Positions 18,349 to 27,952 are shown, numbered from the stretch's first letter. The stretch is 64,000 nt of DNA from Candidatus Dormiibacterota bacterium (GCA_036732145.1 DAINCY010000004.1:8870-72869), one strand, 5' to 3'. Made by a program: numbers and translations. The notes: generated by a model not told the origin, from the letters alone.

Positions 18349-19863
18349 GTGGGCTTGGGCATCGCTGTGGTCTTCGCCGTCTTCGCCGTCGCCTACGCGC
18401 GCCGTGCTGCTGAAGGCGCCCGCGAGGTTCGCGGCGTGGCCGACACCGACCTGCGGGCACGGCAACAGTCCGCCGAGCAGGAAGCACAGCAGATCCTGGT
18501 CGGTGCCCGCGAGGAGGCCTTCCGCATTCGGGGCGAGGCCGAAGCGGACGTCCGAGAACGGCGCGCCGAGGTCGCTCGCCTCGAGCAGCGCAACAGTCAG
18601 CGCGAGGAGGGCCTGGAACGGCGTCTACGTGAACTGGAGCAGAGCGAGCAGCGGCTGACGCGGCGCGAAGAGGAGCTCGAGGAGCTCCGCCAGACCACCG
18701 AAAGCGAGCGCGAACTGGTGGGCCGGGAGCTCGAACGCGTCGCCGGGCTGTCCCAACAGGAAGCACGAGGCGAACTGCTTGCCGCCGTCGAGTCTGAGCT
18801 CGACGGCGAGGTGGCGGATCGCATCCGCGCCGCCGACCAGCGCGTCCGCGAGGAGGCATCCGAACGCAGTCGCGAGATCCTCATCGCGGCCATGCAGCGC
18901 CACGCGTCGGACCAGACGGGCGAATCGTCGGTGACGGTCATGCACCTGCCCAGCGACGACCTCAAGGGCCGGATCATCGGCCGCGAGGGACGCAACATCC
19001 GCGCGCTCGAGGCGGCGACCGGTGTCGACGTCATCGTTGACGAGACCCCCGAGGCGGTGGTTCTCAGCGGCTTCGACCCGGTGCGGCGCGAGGTCGCCCG
19101 GGTGACGCTGGAGCGGCTCTTCGCTGACGGGCGCATCCATCCCGCGCGCATCGAGGAGATGGTGGGCAAGAGCCGCAGCGAGATCATCCAGCGCATCAAG
19201 GAGGAAGGAGAGGCCGCTTGCCAGGAGCTGGGCATCCCGTCCGTCCATCCCGAGCTGGCCAAGTTGCTCGGCACCCTGCGCTTTCGCAACTCGTACGGGC
19301 ACAACGTGCTCAGCCACAGCAAGGACACCGCAGCCATTGCCGGGATGATCGCTGCCGAGATCGGCTACGACGAACAGGAGGCCAAGGAGATCGGCCTCTT
19401 CCATGACGTCGGCCACGCGGTCGAGGAGGGCGTCGAGGGGTCGCACGCGATCATCGGCGGCGAGATCCTCGCTCGCCTTGGCCGCCCTGCCGCGGTGGTA
19501 CAGGCGGTCCGCGCGCACCACTACGACGAGGAGCCCCATTCGGTTGGAGCCTTCATCGTGATGACCGCCGACGCCATCGCCGCCACCCGCCGCGGAGCAC
19601 GCCGCGAGGCGCTCGCTGCCTCACTCAAGCGGCTGGAGAGAATCGAGGCCATCGCCTCCGAGTTCGAGGGGGTGGAGCGCAGCTTCGCAGTCCAGGCCGG
19701 CAAGGAGTTGCGCGTCATGGTCCGGCCCACCGAGGTCAGCGACGATCGCGCCCAGGTCCTGGCACGCCAGATCGCCAAGCGACTGCACGCCGAGGGCAGT
19801 TACACCGGCCGGCTCAAGGTGGTGGTGCTCCGCGAGACTCGCAGCGTCGAGTACGCGAAGTAA
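18349..19863 (+). CDS. rny: ribonuclease Y
   Basis: N-terminal TM helix, long coiled-coil (REEGLERRLRELEQSEQRLTRREEELEEL), KH domain (GRIIGREGRNIRALE) and HD domain (LFHDVGHAVE). The first canonical in-frame start after the upstream MFS gene is GTG 18349. An ATC at 18322 has a much better SD (see findings). Confidence 0.88.
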   Translation: MGLGIAVVFAVFAVAYARRAAEGAREVRGVADTDLRARQQSAEQEAQQILVGAREEAFRIRGEAEADVRERRAEVARLEQRNSQREEGLERRLRELEQSEQRLTRREEELEELRQTTESERELVGRELERVAGLSQQEARGELLAAVESELDGEVADRIRAADQRVREEASERSREILIAAMQRHASDQTGESSVTVMHLPSDDLKGRIIGREGRNIRALEAATGVDVIVDETPEAVVLSGFDPVRREVARVTLERLFADGRIHPARIEEMVGKSRSEIIQRIKEEGEAACQELGIPSVHPELAKLLGTLRFRNSYGHNVLSHSKDTAAIAGMIAAEIGYDEQEAKEIGLFHDVGHAVEEGVEGSHAIIGGEILARLGRPAAVVQAVRAHHYDEEPHSVGAFIVMTADAIAATRRGARREALAASLKRLERIEAIASEFEGVERSFAVQAGKELRVMVRPTEVSDDRAQVLARQIAKRLHAEGSYTGRLKVVVLRETRSVEYAK

Positions 19864-19979
19864 CGATTGCATCGCGGGAAAACCCCCGATTCGCGATTGC
19901 GGCTCACAATCACGAGAATCTCATGATCACGTCCCAGCAACCGCCCAGGCACACGTCGTCACAGGGGAAACCAAACCCC

Positions 19980-20240
19980 ATGGAAATCCTCAAGGTCTCA
20001 GCTACGAGCAAGCCAGTCGCCGTCGCCGGCGCCATCGCCGGCGTGGTTCGCACTCAGCACCGGGTGGAGGTGCAGGCCATCGGTGCGGGTGCGATCAACC
20101 AGGCCGTCAAGGCGATCGCCATCTCGCGCGGCTACGTCGCCGCGGGCGGGATCGACCTGGTGTGCATCCCGTCGTTCATCGACATCTCGATCGACGGCCA
20201 GGAGAGGACCGGGATCAGGTTGCTGGTCGAGTCGCGGTAG
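19980..20240 (+). CDS. spoVS: SpoVS-family protein (stage V sporulation protein S homologue)
   Basis: ATG at 19980 (MEILKVSATSKPVAVAGAIAGVVR...QAIGAGAINQAVKAIAISRGY...) gives the canonical 86-aa SpoVS. AGGGGAAA lies upstream. Confidence 0.88.
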   Translation: MEILKVSATSKPVAVAGAIAGVVRTQHRVEVQAIGAGAINQAVKAIAISRGYVAAGGIDLVCIPSFIDISIDGQERTGIRLLVESR

Positions 20241-20257
20241 CGCGCAACCAGTAAGCC

Positions 20258-20298
20258 GGGTCAGGCACCATCGCTTCGGTCGCGATGGTGCCTGACCC
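20258..20298 (+). terminator. perfect 17-bp stem / 7-nt loop hairpin downstream of spoVS (terminator-like, no U-tract)
   Basis: GGGTCAGGCACCATCGC-TTCGGTC-GCGATGGTGCCTGACCC; every stem position pairs. Followed by CCTTCATGG rather than a T-run. Confidence 0.5.
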
Positions 20299-20454
20299 CC
20301 TTCATGGCACCTGCTCCCTATTGTCGACCGTTGACGACGCCCGCAGCCGGTACTCGCTAGGCTTGCCGGCAGCGTGTACCTGCCTGTTCTGAGCTCATCC
20401 GCGTCGCACTTCAAACCGCTCCCGCTTGCGCAGCGCGGCGGAGGTGATGAGCTC

Positions 20455-21771
20455 GTGCGCAGCCGCGAACCCATCGTCCCTCGGTTGGGACGGCCGCCGC
20501 GAGTGCACCTGTGGCACATCGGGTGCCAGATGAATGACGCCGATCACGAGCGGCTGGCGGAGTCGTTTGCTGAGATCGGGTTCATTCCCGATGTGCCGCT
20601 CGAGGACGCTGACATCGCTGTGCTGATCAGCTGCGCCGTGCGGTCGAATGCGGAGCAGAAGGTGTACGGCAAGTTCAAGGAGCTCATCCCGTGGAAGCGG
20701 GAGCGGGCCGGCCGCGCCATCGCCCTGACCGGGTGCATGGCGGTGGAGCACGGGTCGGCGCTGCTGCAGCGCATGGCGGACCTCGACTACATGTTCGATG
20801 TGCGTGAGCCCGAGGGGTTCTTCGCGCGATTGCAGTCCCTGTATGGCGGCGACGTCGACGGGCCGGTGACCATGCCGGCGTCGGACCGCCTGCTGGCGTA
20901 TGTGCCGGTGATGGGCGGGTGCAATGAGATGTGTACGTACTGCATCGTGCCGTTTGTGCGCGGGAGGGAGAGCAGCCGCAGCACTGCCGAGATCGTGGAT
21001 GACGTGCAGCGGCTGGTTGGTCGCGGTGTGCGCGAGGTGACACTGCTCGGGCAGAACGTCAACAGTTACCGCGATCCCCTGACCGGTGCGGGGTTGCCGG
21101 AACTGCTCGCCGCTGTGGACACGGTGCCTGGGCTGTGGCGGCTGCGCTTCCTCACCTCGCACCCACGCAACGCGGTGCCCCGGCTCTTTGCGGCGATGCG
21201 CGATCTGCCCACGGTGTGCGAGCAGCTCCACCTGCCCGTGCAGGCCGGGGATGACGAGTTGCTTCGTCGCATGCGCCGCGTCTACAGCGTCGCCGAGTAC
21301 CGCGAGAAGATCGCCACTGCAGTGTCGACGGTGCCCGACCTGGCGCTGACGACCGACATCATCGTCGGCTTCAGTGGTGAGACCGACGCGGAGTTCGAGG
21401 GGACGGTGACGTTGCTGCGCGACGTGCGCTACGACGTGGTCCACATCCAGGCGTACTCGGTGCGGCCCGGCACCGCGGCGGCGCGTCGACCCGACGACAT
21501 CCCCCTGGTTGAGAAGAAGCGACGTCTCAACCACCTGCTCGACATCCAGCGAGGCATCGCCCTGGAGCGCAACCAGGCACTGCTCGGCCGCGACGTCGAG
21601 GTGCTCGTCGAGGGGGTCGCCGAGAATGGCCGCCCGTACGGCCGCACCCGCCAGGGCAAGGTGGCGTGGCTGCCGCCGGGGAGCGCGAGCGCCGGCGAGC
21701 TGTGTGGAGGCCGGGTGACCCAGGTGACCCACTGGCAGCTCGAGGTCGGTGCGGTGAGCGCGGCGGCGTGA
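20455..21771 (+). CDS. miaB: tRNA-2-methylthio-N6-dimethylallyladenosine synthase (radical SAM methylthiotransferase)
   Basis: GTG 20455 lies 7 nt after GGAGGTGA. N-terminal UPF0004 domain (GCQMNDADHE), radical-SAM CNEMCTYCIVP, and a C-terminal TRAM domain. Confidence 0.88.
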   Translation: MRSREPIVPRLGRPPRVHLWHIGCQMNDADHERLAESFAEIGFIPDVPLEDADIAVLISCAVRSNAEQKVYGKFKELIPWKRERAGRAIALTGCMAVEHGSALLQRMADLDYMFDVREPEGFFARLQSLYGGDVDGPVTMPASDRLLAYVPVMGGCNEMCTYCIVPFVRGRESSRSTAEIVDDVQRLVGRGVREVTLLGQNVNSYRDPLTGAGLPELLAAVDTVPGLWRLRFLTSHPRNAVPRLFAAMRDLPTVCEQLHLPVQAGDDELLRRMRRVYSVAEYREKIATAVSTVPDLALTTDIIVGFSGETDAEFEGTVTLLRDVRYDVVHIQAYSVRPGTAAARRPDDIPLVEKKRRLNHLLDIQRGIALERNQALLGRDVEVLVEGVAENGRPYGRTRQGKVAWLPPGSASAGELCGGRVTQVTHWQLEVGAVSAAA

Positions 21772-24416
21772 CCCGGCGGGGGCAGGGGCCGGCGCCCCAC
21801 GAGAGCGGTGCCGTCCGCGAGGTCGGAGCGGTCATCGATCTCGACGACGCGGGCAGCACCCCGATCCTGCAGCAGTATCGGGCGGCCAAGGCAGAGTATC
21901 CGGACGCGCTCGTGCTCGCCCGGCTCGGCGACTTCTACGAGATGTTCGGGGCGGATGCCCAGGAGGCAGCACCAATCCTGGGTGTGGCCCTGACAGGGCG
22001 CAGCTTCGGCGCCGCCGGCCGCCTGCCCATGTGCGGCGTTCCCCACCATGCCGCGCCCACCTACATCCGGCGGCTGCTCGACGCCGGGCGCCGGGTCGCC
22101 CTCTGGGATCAGGTCGGCGAGGTGGTGGCCGGCCGGCTCGTGCAGCGCGAGGTGACTCGGATCCTCAGCCCCGGCACCGTCAGCGAGTCGGAGTACCTCG
22201 ACGAGAGTCGTGTGGCTCGCTGCGTCGCGGTGCACAGCAGCGGCGGCCGCACCGGCATCGCGGCTTTCGACGCCGCGGGTGGGGAGCTCCTGCTCGCCGA
22301 GGTCGAGGGCGGGCTCGACTCCACGGCGCTGCGCGAGGAGTGCGAACGTCTCGACGTGGCCGAGCTGCTGGTCGCCGACGATGGTGGCGAGGTGCCGGCC
22401 AGCCTGCTTCCAGGCGCCGCGCGAACCAGCCTGCCGCCGGCCTTCTTCGACGCATCCCGTGCCCGCGAGCGCGTCCTTGCGGTCACCGCCGTGCCAACGC
22501 TTGACGGACTCGGCGTCGACGGTGTCGACCGCGCGGTGCGCGCCGCCGGCGCTGTGCTCGCCTATTGCGAGCGCGCGCGCCTGGTGCTGAGCGCCGGCTT
22601 CGTGCACGTCCGGCGCCGCAGCGAGAGCGCCACCATGCGCCTCGACGCGCAGACCCGCCGCAACCTCGAGCTGGTGGCGCCACTTGGACGCACCGGCGTG
22701 TCGCTGGCCGCCATGCTCGACCGCACCCGCACCCCCATGGGCGCTCGGTTGCTCCGCGCGCGGCTGCTCGAACCACTCACCGAACCGCTGCTGATTCTCG
22801 CCCGCCACGACGCCGTGGCCGGACTCGTCGATGCACCGCGCATCCGTGACACGCTGGGCGAAGCGCTCGCCGCCGTGCGCGACCTCGAGCGCCTGGTGGC
22901 GCGATGCGTGCAGGGCAGCGCCGGTCCGCGCGATCTCGCCGCCATCCGCCAGGCGTGCGCGGCGCTTCCCGCCGTGCAGGACATCCTTTCGGGCTTGCAG
23001 TCCGGCGAGCTGACCGCGGCCGCGTCACGATGCGTGGCGCCGGAGGGGCTCGGCGCGCGCCTCCGTGATCTGCTTGTCGACGATCCCCCCGTCACTGCGC
23101 GCGAGGCCGGCTGCATCCGGCCGGGTGCTGACGCCGAGCTCGACGAGCTGATCGCAGCCGGGGCTGGCGCACGATCGTGGATCGCCGGGCTCGAGGACGT
23201 CGAACGACGGCGCACTGCGATCAGCTCGCTGAAGGTCGGCTACAACCGCGTCTTCGGCTACTACATCGAGGTTCCCAACGCCCATCGCGGCGCCGTTCCC
23301 GCCGGCTACGTGCGCAAACAGACCCTGGTCGGCGCCGAACGCTACATCACCGCCGACCTCAAGGAGCGCGAGACGCTGGTGCTGGGAGCTCGGGATCGGG
23401 CGCTGACCCGTGAGCTGCAGCTGCTCGGCGAACTGACCGCCGAGATCGCCGGCCACGCCGCCGCGCTCCTCGACGCGGCGGCGGCGGTCGCCCTCATCGA
23501 CGTGCACCGCTCGCTGGCGTGCGTGGCCGCCGACGAGCATTGGGTGCGGCCTCTCGTCGACTCCTCCGGGGTCATCGACATCGATCAGGGTCGCCACCCC
23601 CTCGTTGAGCACGCGCTCGGCGCCGGACGCTTCGTTCCCAACGACTGCCGCCTCGATGCTGCCGAGCGCATCGTCGTGCTGACCGGTCCCAACATGGCCG
23701 GCAAATCGACCTACCTGCGCCAGGTTGCCCTGCTGGCGCTGCTCGCCCAGGTGGGCAGCTTCGTGCCGGCGGAGCGGGCTCGCATCGGCGTCTGCGATCG
23801 CATCTTCACGCGCATCGGCGCCCAGGATGACCTCAGCGGTGGGCTCTCGACGTTCATGGTGGAGATGGCCGAAACCGCCACCATTCTGCGCCAGGCGTCG
23901 AGGAGCAGCCTGGTCATCCTCGACGAGATCGGTCGCGGCACCTCGACGTACGACGGCATGTCGATCGCGCAGGCGGTGGTGGAGCATCTCCACGAAGCAC
24001 CGCATCTCAACTGCCGCACGCTGTTCGCCACCCACTACCACGAGCTGACCGTTCTCGCCGACCGCCTTCCGCGGGTCCACAACGCGCGCGTCGACGTCCT
24101 CGAGGAGGGCGACGGGGTGACCTTTCTGCATCGCATCGTGCCCGGGGCCGCCGATCGCTCCTATGGGATCCACGTCGCCCGTCTGGCCGGTGTGCCCACC
24201 TCTGTCCTGGTGCGTGCCCGTCAGCTGCTCGCCGATCTGGAACGCGAACGGCCCGTGGCGGGGTCCGGCGGTGACACCCCCAACCAGCTCAGCCTGGCCA
24301 TCGCGGCGACGGAGCATCCCGTGGTCGCCGAGCTGGCCCAGCTCGACATCGAGGGGCTGACCCCGATCGCCGCGCTCAACAAGCTCGCCGAGCTGCGTGA
24401 GCGCGCTTCGCCTTGA
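21768..24416 (+). CDS. mutS: DNA mismatch repair protein MutS
   Basis: GTG overlaps the miaB stop (GTGA). TPILQQYRAAKAEYPDALVLARLGDFYEMF mismatch-binding N-terminus, Walker A GPNMAGKST, and STFMVEM. Confidence 0.93.
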   Translation: MTRRGQGPAPHESGAVREVGAVIDLDDAGSTPILQQYRAAKAEYPDALVLARLGDFYEMFGADAQEAAPILGVALTGRSFGAAGRLPMCGVPHHAAPTYIRRLLDAGRRVALWDQVGEVVAGRLVQREVTRILSPGTVSESEYLDESRVARCVAVHSSGGRTGIAAFDAAGGELLLAEVEGGLDSTALREECERLDVAELLVADDGGEVPASLLPGAARTSLPPAFFDASRARERVLAVTAVPTLDGLGVDGVDRAVRAAGAVLAYCERARLVLSAGFVHVRRRSESATMRLDAQTRRNLELVAPLGRTGVSLAAMLDRTRTPMGARLLRARLLEPLTEPLLILARHDAVAGLVDAPRIRDTLGEALAAVRDLERLVARCVQGSAGPRDLAAIRQACAALPAVQDILSGLQSGELTAAASRCVAPEGLGARLRDLLVDDPPVTAREAGCIRPGADAELDELIAAGAGARSWIAGLEDVERRRTAISSLKVGYNRVFGYYIEVPNAHRGAVPAGYVRKQTLVGAERYITADLKERETLVLGARDRALTRELQLLGELTAEIAGHAAALLDAAAAVALIDVHRSLACVAADEHWVRPLVDSSGVIDIDQGRHPLVEHALGAGRFVPNDCRLDAAERIVVLTGPNMAGKSTYLRQVALLALLAQVGSFVPAERARIGVCDRIFTRIGAQDDLSGGLSTFMVEMAETATILRQASRSSLVILDEIGRGTSTYDGMSIAQAVVEHLHEAPHLNCRTLFATHYHELTVLADRLPRVHNARVDVLEEGDGVTFLHRIVPGAADRSYGIHVARLAGVPTSVLVRARQLLADLERERPVAGSGGDTPNQLSLAIAATEHPVVAELAQLDIEGLTPIAALNKLAELRERASP

Positions 24417-26173
24417 CCGCCGCGGGCACTGCGAAAGCGTCTGCTTCGATCCGCCGCCTGCCCCAGGCGGTCGCCGACGCCATCGCCGCCGGAGAGGTCG
24501 TGGAACGGCCCGCGTCGGTGGTCAAGGAGCTGTGCGAAAACGCCGTTGACGCGGGTGCCACCAGCATCAGCGTGGCCGTTGAGGGTGCGGGGACGGTGCG
24601 CATCAGGGTGGTCGACGACGGAGCAGGCATCGCCGCCGACGAGCTTCCCCTGGCGCTGGCCCGTCATGCCACCTCGAAGATCAGCGCGGCGGCCGACCTC
24701 GAAGCCGTCCGCACTCTGGGGTTCCGCGGCGAGGCGCTGGCGAGCATCGCCGCGGTGGCGGACGTCACTCTCTGCTCGCGCGCCGCAGCCACCGAATCGG
24801 GCGCCCGCCTGCGCGTGCGCCACGGTGACACCGTGGAGGAGGGGAGGTGGGGTGGCCCGGCCGGCACCAGTGTCGAAGTCCTCGACCTTTTCGCCGCCAC
24901 CCCCGCCCGCCTGCGCTTTCTGCGCGGCGAGCGTGTCGAGGTGGCGGCCGCGCTGGCGGTGGTCAGCGACCTGGCGTTGATTCACCCCGAGCTGCGCATC
25001 ACCTGCGTGGTCGACGGACGCACTCGCCTGCGCTCGCCGGGAGGAACGTTGGACGAAGCGCTGCGCTGCGTGTTCGGTCCCGACGCCGGCGAGCTGCTTC
25101 CTGTTGCCGCCGAGGGTGACATCAACGTCGGCGGCGCCATCAGCGAGCCGCGCCGTCATCGCGGGACACGCTCGGGGCTGGTGGTGGTTGTGAACGGACG
25201 GCGCGTCCACAACCGCGCGCTCGTCGCAGCCGCGGCCGAGGCGTATCGCGGCCTGATCCCCGCCCGCAGGTTTCCGTTCGGAGTGGTCAGCGTCGAGGTG
25301 GACCCGCTCGAGGTCGACGTCAACGTCCACCCCACCAAGCGCGAGGTTCGCTTCCGCGACGAGCGCCGGGTTTTCGCAGCCGTGCAGCGCGCCTGCTGGC
25401 AGGCCCTGCAGGGTGCGTCCGTGTACCGCGCGGCGGGCGGTGACGCTGGCGGTCTGCGCCTCGGCGAGGACGCGTCGCCATGGGCATCCACGGTTGCTGT
25501 CAGAGCTGCGGCGGAGGATTCGCCGCCGATGCGGGCCGTACCGTCGGCGGGGCCTGGCGGCGGGCCCGCGCCGACGGTGCGTGCCTCGCTCAGCTCACTC
25601 CGTCCCCTGCGTGCGCTCGGACAGCAGGCCGGCCGCTGGCTGCTGGCGACATCCGGCGCGGGGGTGGTCGTCGTCGATCCTCACGCCGCCCACGAAAAGG
25701 TCATCTACGCGGAGCTGCTGAGGGAATGGGCGTCGGGATCGCCGGCCGGGCAGCTGCTGTTGCTCCCCGCGCTGGTGGAGTGCGATGCCCGCCGGATCGA
25801 AGTGTTCGCCATGCACGGCTCGCTGGTGGCCTCCTGCGGCTTCTCCGTCGAAACGTTCGGGCCGACCACGCTGCGCTGCACAGCGGTCCCCGCCGGGGTG
25901 GCCGGAGCGGATCCGGCGCGCCTTGTCGGTGAGTTGCTCGACTCTCTCGGCGCAGGCGGTCCGATGACCGAACAGCGCCACCGCGCCGCCGCCCTGATCG
26001 CCTGTCATGCGGCGGTGAGGTTCGGCGATGAGCTCGCCGCCGACGCCCAGCAGCACCTCCTCGACCGGCTTGTCGAGACCCCCGGTGGCCTCACCTGCCC
26101 GCACGGCCGCCCGGCCGTCGCGCTCTTCGACGACGCCATGCTGCGCCGCCTCTTCCGACGCCCCTCGGGATGA
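24413..26173 (+). CDS. mutL: DNA mismatch repair protein MutL
   Basis: TTG overlaps the mutS stop (TTGA). GHKL ATPase N-box VVKELCENAVDAGAT, and VVDDGAGI. Confidence 0.92.
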   Translation: MTAAGTAKASASIRRLPQAVADAIAAGEVVERPASVVKELCENAVDAGATSISVAVEGAGTVRIRVVDDGAGIAADELPLALARHATSKISAAADLEAVRTLGFRGEALASIAAVADVTLCSRAAATESGARLRVRHGDTVEEGRWGGPAGTSVEVLDLFAATPARLRFLRGERVEVAAALAVVSDLALIHPELRITCVVDGRTRLRSPGGTLDEALRCVFGPDAGELLPVAAEGDINVGGAISEPRRHRGTRSGLVVVVNGRRVHNRALVAAAAEAYRGLIPARRFPFGVVSVEVDPLEVDVNVHPTKREVRFRDERRVFAAVQRACWQALQGASVYRAAGGDAGGLRLGEDASPWASTVAVRAAAEDSPPMRAVPSAGPGGGPAPTVRASLSSLRPLRALGQQAGRWLLATSGAGVVVVDPHAAHEKVIYAELLREWASGSPAGQLLLLPALVECDARRIEVFAMHGSLVASCGFSVETFGPTTLRCTAVPAGVAGADPARLVGELLDSLGAGGPMTEQRHRAAALIACHAAVRFGDELAADAQQHLLDRLVETPGGLTCPHGRPAVALFDDAMLRRLFRRPSG

Positions 26174-27117
26174 CGCCGGAGCGGCCCATCCTGGCGATCG
26201 GCGGCCCGACCGCGACCGGCAAGACCCTGCTGGCGGTGGAGTTGGCCCTCCGTCTGGGCGGAGAGCTGGTCAACGCGGATTCGCGCCAGGTGGTGCGCCG
26301 CCTGGTGGCGGGGACTGCCGCCCCGACCGCAGCAGAGTTGCGCGGCGTGCCCTGCCACCTGGTCGGCGTCTGCGAACCGGGCCAGCACTTCACGGTCGCG
26401 CATTGGCTGGAGAGCGCGCGCACCGTTCTTGCCGACCTCGACTCGCGCGGCGTTCCTCCCGTGGTCGTCGGCGGCACCGGCCAGTACCTGCGCGCCCTGC
26501 GCGAAGGGTGGGACTTCGGCGGCGTCGCTCCGCTCGCGGCGGAGAGGGATGAAATGACGGCCGTGGCGGCCACCCCGCGGGGCTTGAGGCAGCTGGTCGC
26601 GGAACTGCGCGAGCGCGATCCACAGGCAGCCACCGCTGTCGACCTCGCCAACCCGCGGCGGGTGATCCGCGCCCTCGAGCTGCTTCGTGCCGCTCGCCGA
26701 CCTCTGGCTCAGACGCGGCGACGCGCGAGCGGGAGGGAACTGGTCCTGGTCGTCCTGGACGCGGACCGCGACCTGCATCGGGATGTGCTGGACGCGCGCT
26801 TGGATGTCATGTTCGGGGCCGGCGCCATCCTGGCCGAGGTCCGGGCCGAGCTCAGGTCCGGCACCGCGGCAAGCGCACTCTCGCGAGCCGGCATCGGCTA
26901 TCGCGAGGGGGTCGCCGTTGTCGAGGGCAGAATCACCGTGGAGGAGGCGCGGGCCGGTGCGGCGCAGCGCACCCGGCGCTACGTCAAAGCACAACGCACC
27001 TGGTTCCGCCACGAGCCCGCGGTGCTGCGCCTGGAGCGCACCGTCGCGACGACCACCTCGGCTCTTGCCGCCCAGGTGGTGGCGGCGCTCCCTACTTCTG
27101 CCGGATCGCGTCGGTGA
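26170..27117 (+). CDS. miaA: tRNA dimethylallyltransferase
   Basis: ATGA overlap with mutL. P-loop GGPTATGKT, NADSRQV. Confidence 0.9.
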   Translation: MTPERPILAIGGPTATGKTLLAVELALRLGGELVNADSRQVVRRLVAGTAAPTAAELRGVPCHLVGVCEPGQHFTVAHWLESARTVLADLDSRGVPPVVVGGTGQYLRALREGWDFGGVAPLAAERDEMTAVAATPRGLRQLVAELRERDPQAATAVDLANPRRVIRALELLRAARRPLAQTRRRASGRELVLVVLDADRDLHRDVLDARLDVMFGAGAILAEVRAELRSGTAASALSRAGIGYREGVAVVEGRITVEEARAGAAQRTRRYVKAQRTWFRHEPAVLRLERTVATTTSALAAQVVAALPTSAGSRR

Positions 27118-27802
27118 GGTACTGCTCGAGAAAGGCGTAGAAGCTGCGGCGCTGTTCGCGGTCCTCGTCCTCGCTGAGCTTCTTGCCGAGCCGGCGGGCC
27201 TCGATCCACGGCGGTACGCCACTGGCCAGGACGTCGTTACCGAGCTTAACCAGGATGACGGAATCGTCCTTCTCCTCGACCATCAGCGTGATGCGCAGTC
27301 GGATCCCTGAGGGCGATGCCAGCTTCCAGCTCATCTCCCAGGACCGGGTGCCATCCTCGGCGCGGCCGACCGCCACCTCGGTGTCGCGAAGCAGGTGCTC
27401 CTGGCTGTGGCTCTCGCTCTCGAGCAACGTGGTCAGGGCGGGGTCGAGATCGCGGTACACCCAGCGAACCAGCGACGCGCCGCGGTGGCCGACGTCGGGG
27501 AGAGCCTTCGGATTGTTGGCCTTGCTGCCGAGCGCGACCATGGTTCCGGCGTGGCGTCGGCAGTAACGATGCCCGGCGACCTCCGAGCCGTGCTCCTCAC
27601 ACCAGTGGGTACGGCAAGCATTGCCGCGGCTGTCCACGTATCCGCAGGCCTCCACCGGTTCGGCCTCGCAGCCGGGCTCGCCGCACCGTGCCACCACGGG
27701 CAGGGAAACACCCTGAGCCGCACCAAACGGCTCCATCCGGCGGGCAAAGTCCGCCTGGTCGGCGACTGTCTGTTCTTCTGGGGCGATCTTCTTCTTCTTC
27801 AT
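27092..27802 (-). CDS. Cys/His-rich hypothetical protein, divergent from lexA
   Basis: 236 aa, MKKKKIAPEE... The N-terminal third carries CGEPGC-x8-C-x9-C-x2-HWC-x2-H-x10-H-x2-C-x2-H, a probable Zn-binding module. The C-terminal two thirds are soluble with no motif I recognise. Confidence 0.6.
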   Translation of the reverse strand: MKKKKIAPEEQTVADQADFARRMEPFGAAQGVSLPVVARCGEPGCEAEPVEACGYVDSRGNACRTHWCEEHGSEVAGHRYCRRHAGTMVALGSKANNPKALPDVGHRGASLVRWVYRDLDPALTTLLESESHSQEHLLRDTEVAVGRAEDGTRSWEMSWKLASPSGIRLRITLMVEEKDDSVILVKLGNDVLASGVPPWIEARRLGKKLSEDEDREQRRSFYAFLEQYLTDAIRQK

Positions 27803-27936
27803 TCCGTCGTCGTGGCTTTTGTCAGGCCCTCAGCATGGTAGGACCTTGCGGCTGCCGTGACGGCCCCGGCACGAGCCGTTTACGCACCCGACACCGGACC
27901 GTTCATGAGGCTCGCGCAGCGATTGGACCGACCGAT

Positions 27937-27952
27937 GGGAACATCCGTTTGC
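27937..27952. promoter_or_regulatory. LexA operator (SOS box) in the lexA promoter
   Basis: TGGGAACATCCGTTTG with core GAAC-ATCC-GTTT (27939..27950). It overlaps a candidate -35 (TTGCGC 27949..27954), followed by a 17-nt spacer and TACATT (27972..27977). The same 16-mer recurs in reverse orientation at 30497..30512. Confidence 0.6.

Noticed and set aside
27880-27915. Additional LexA-like half-sites (CCGTTTAC...GGACCGTTC) in the lexA divergent spacer, as an operator for the Cys-rich gene.
   Set aside because: Only 8/12 positions match the AAACGGATGTTC box and there is no palindromic partner. This is too weak to call.
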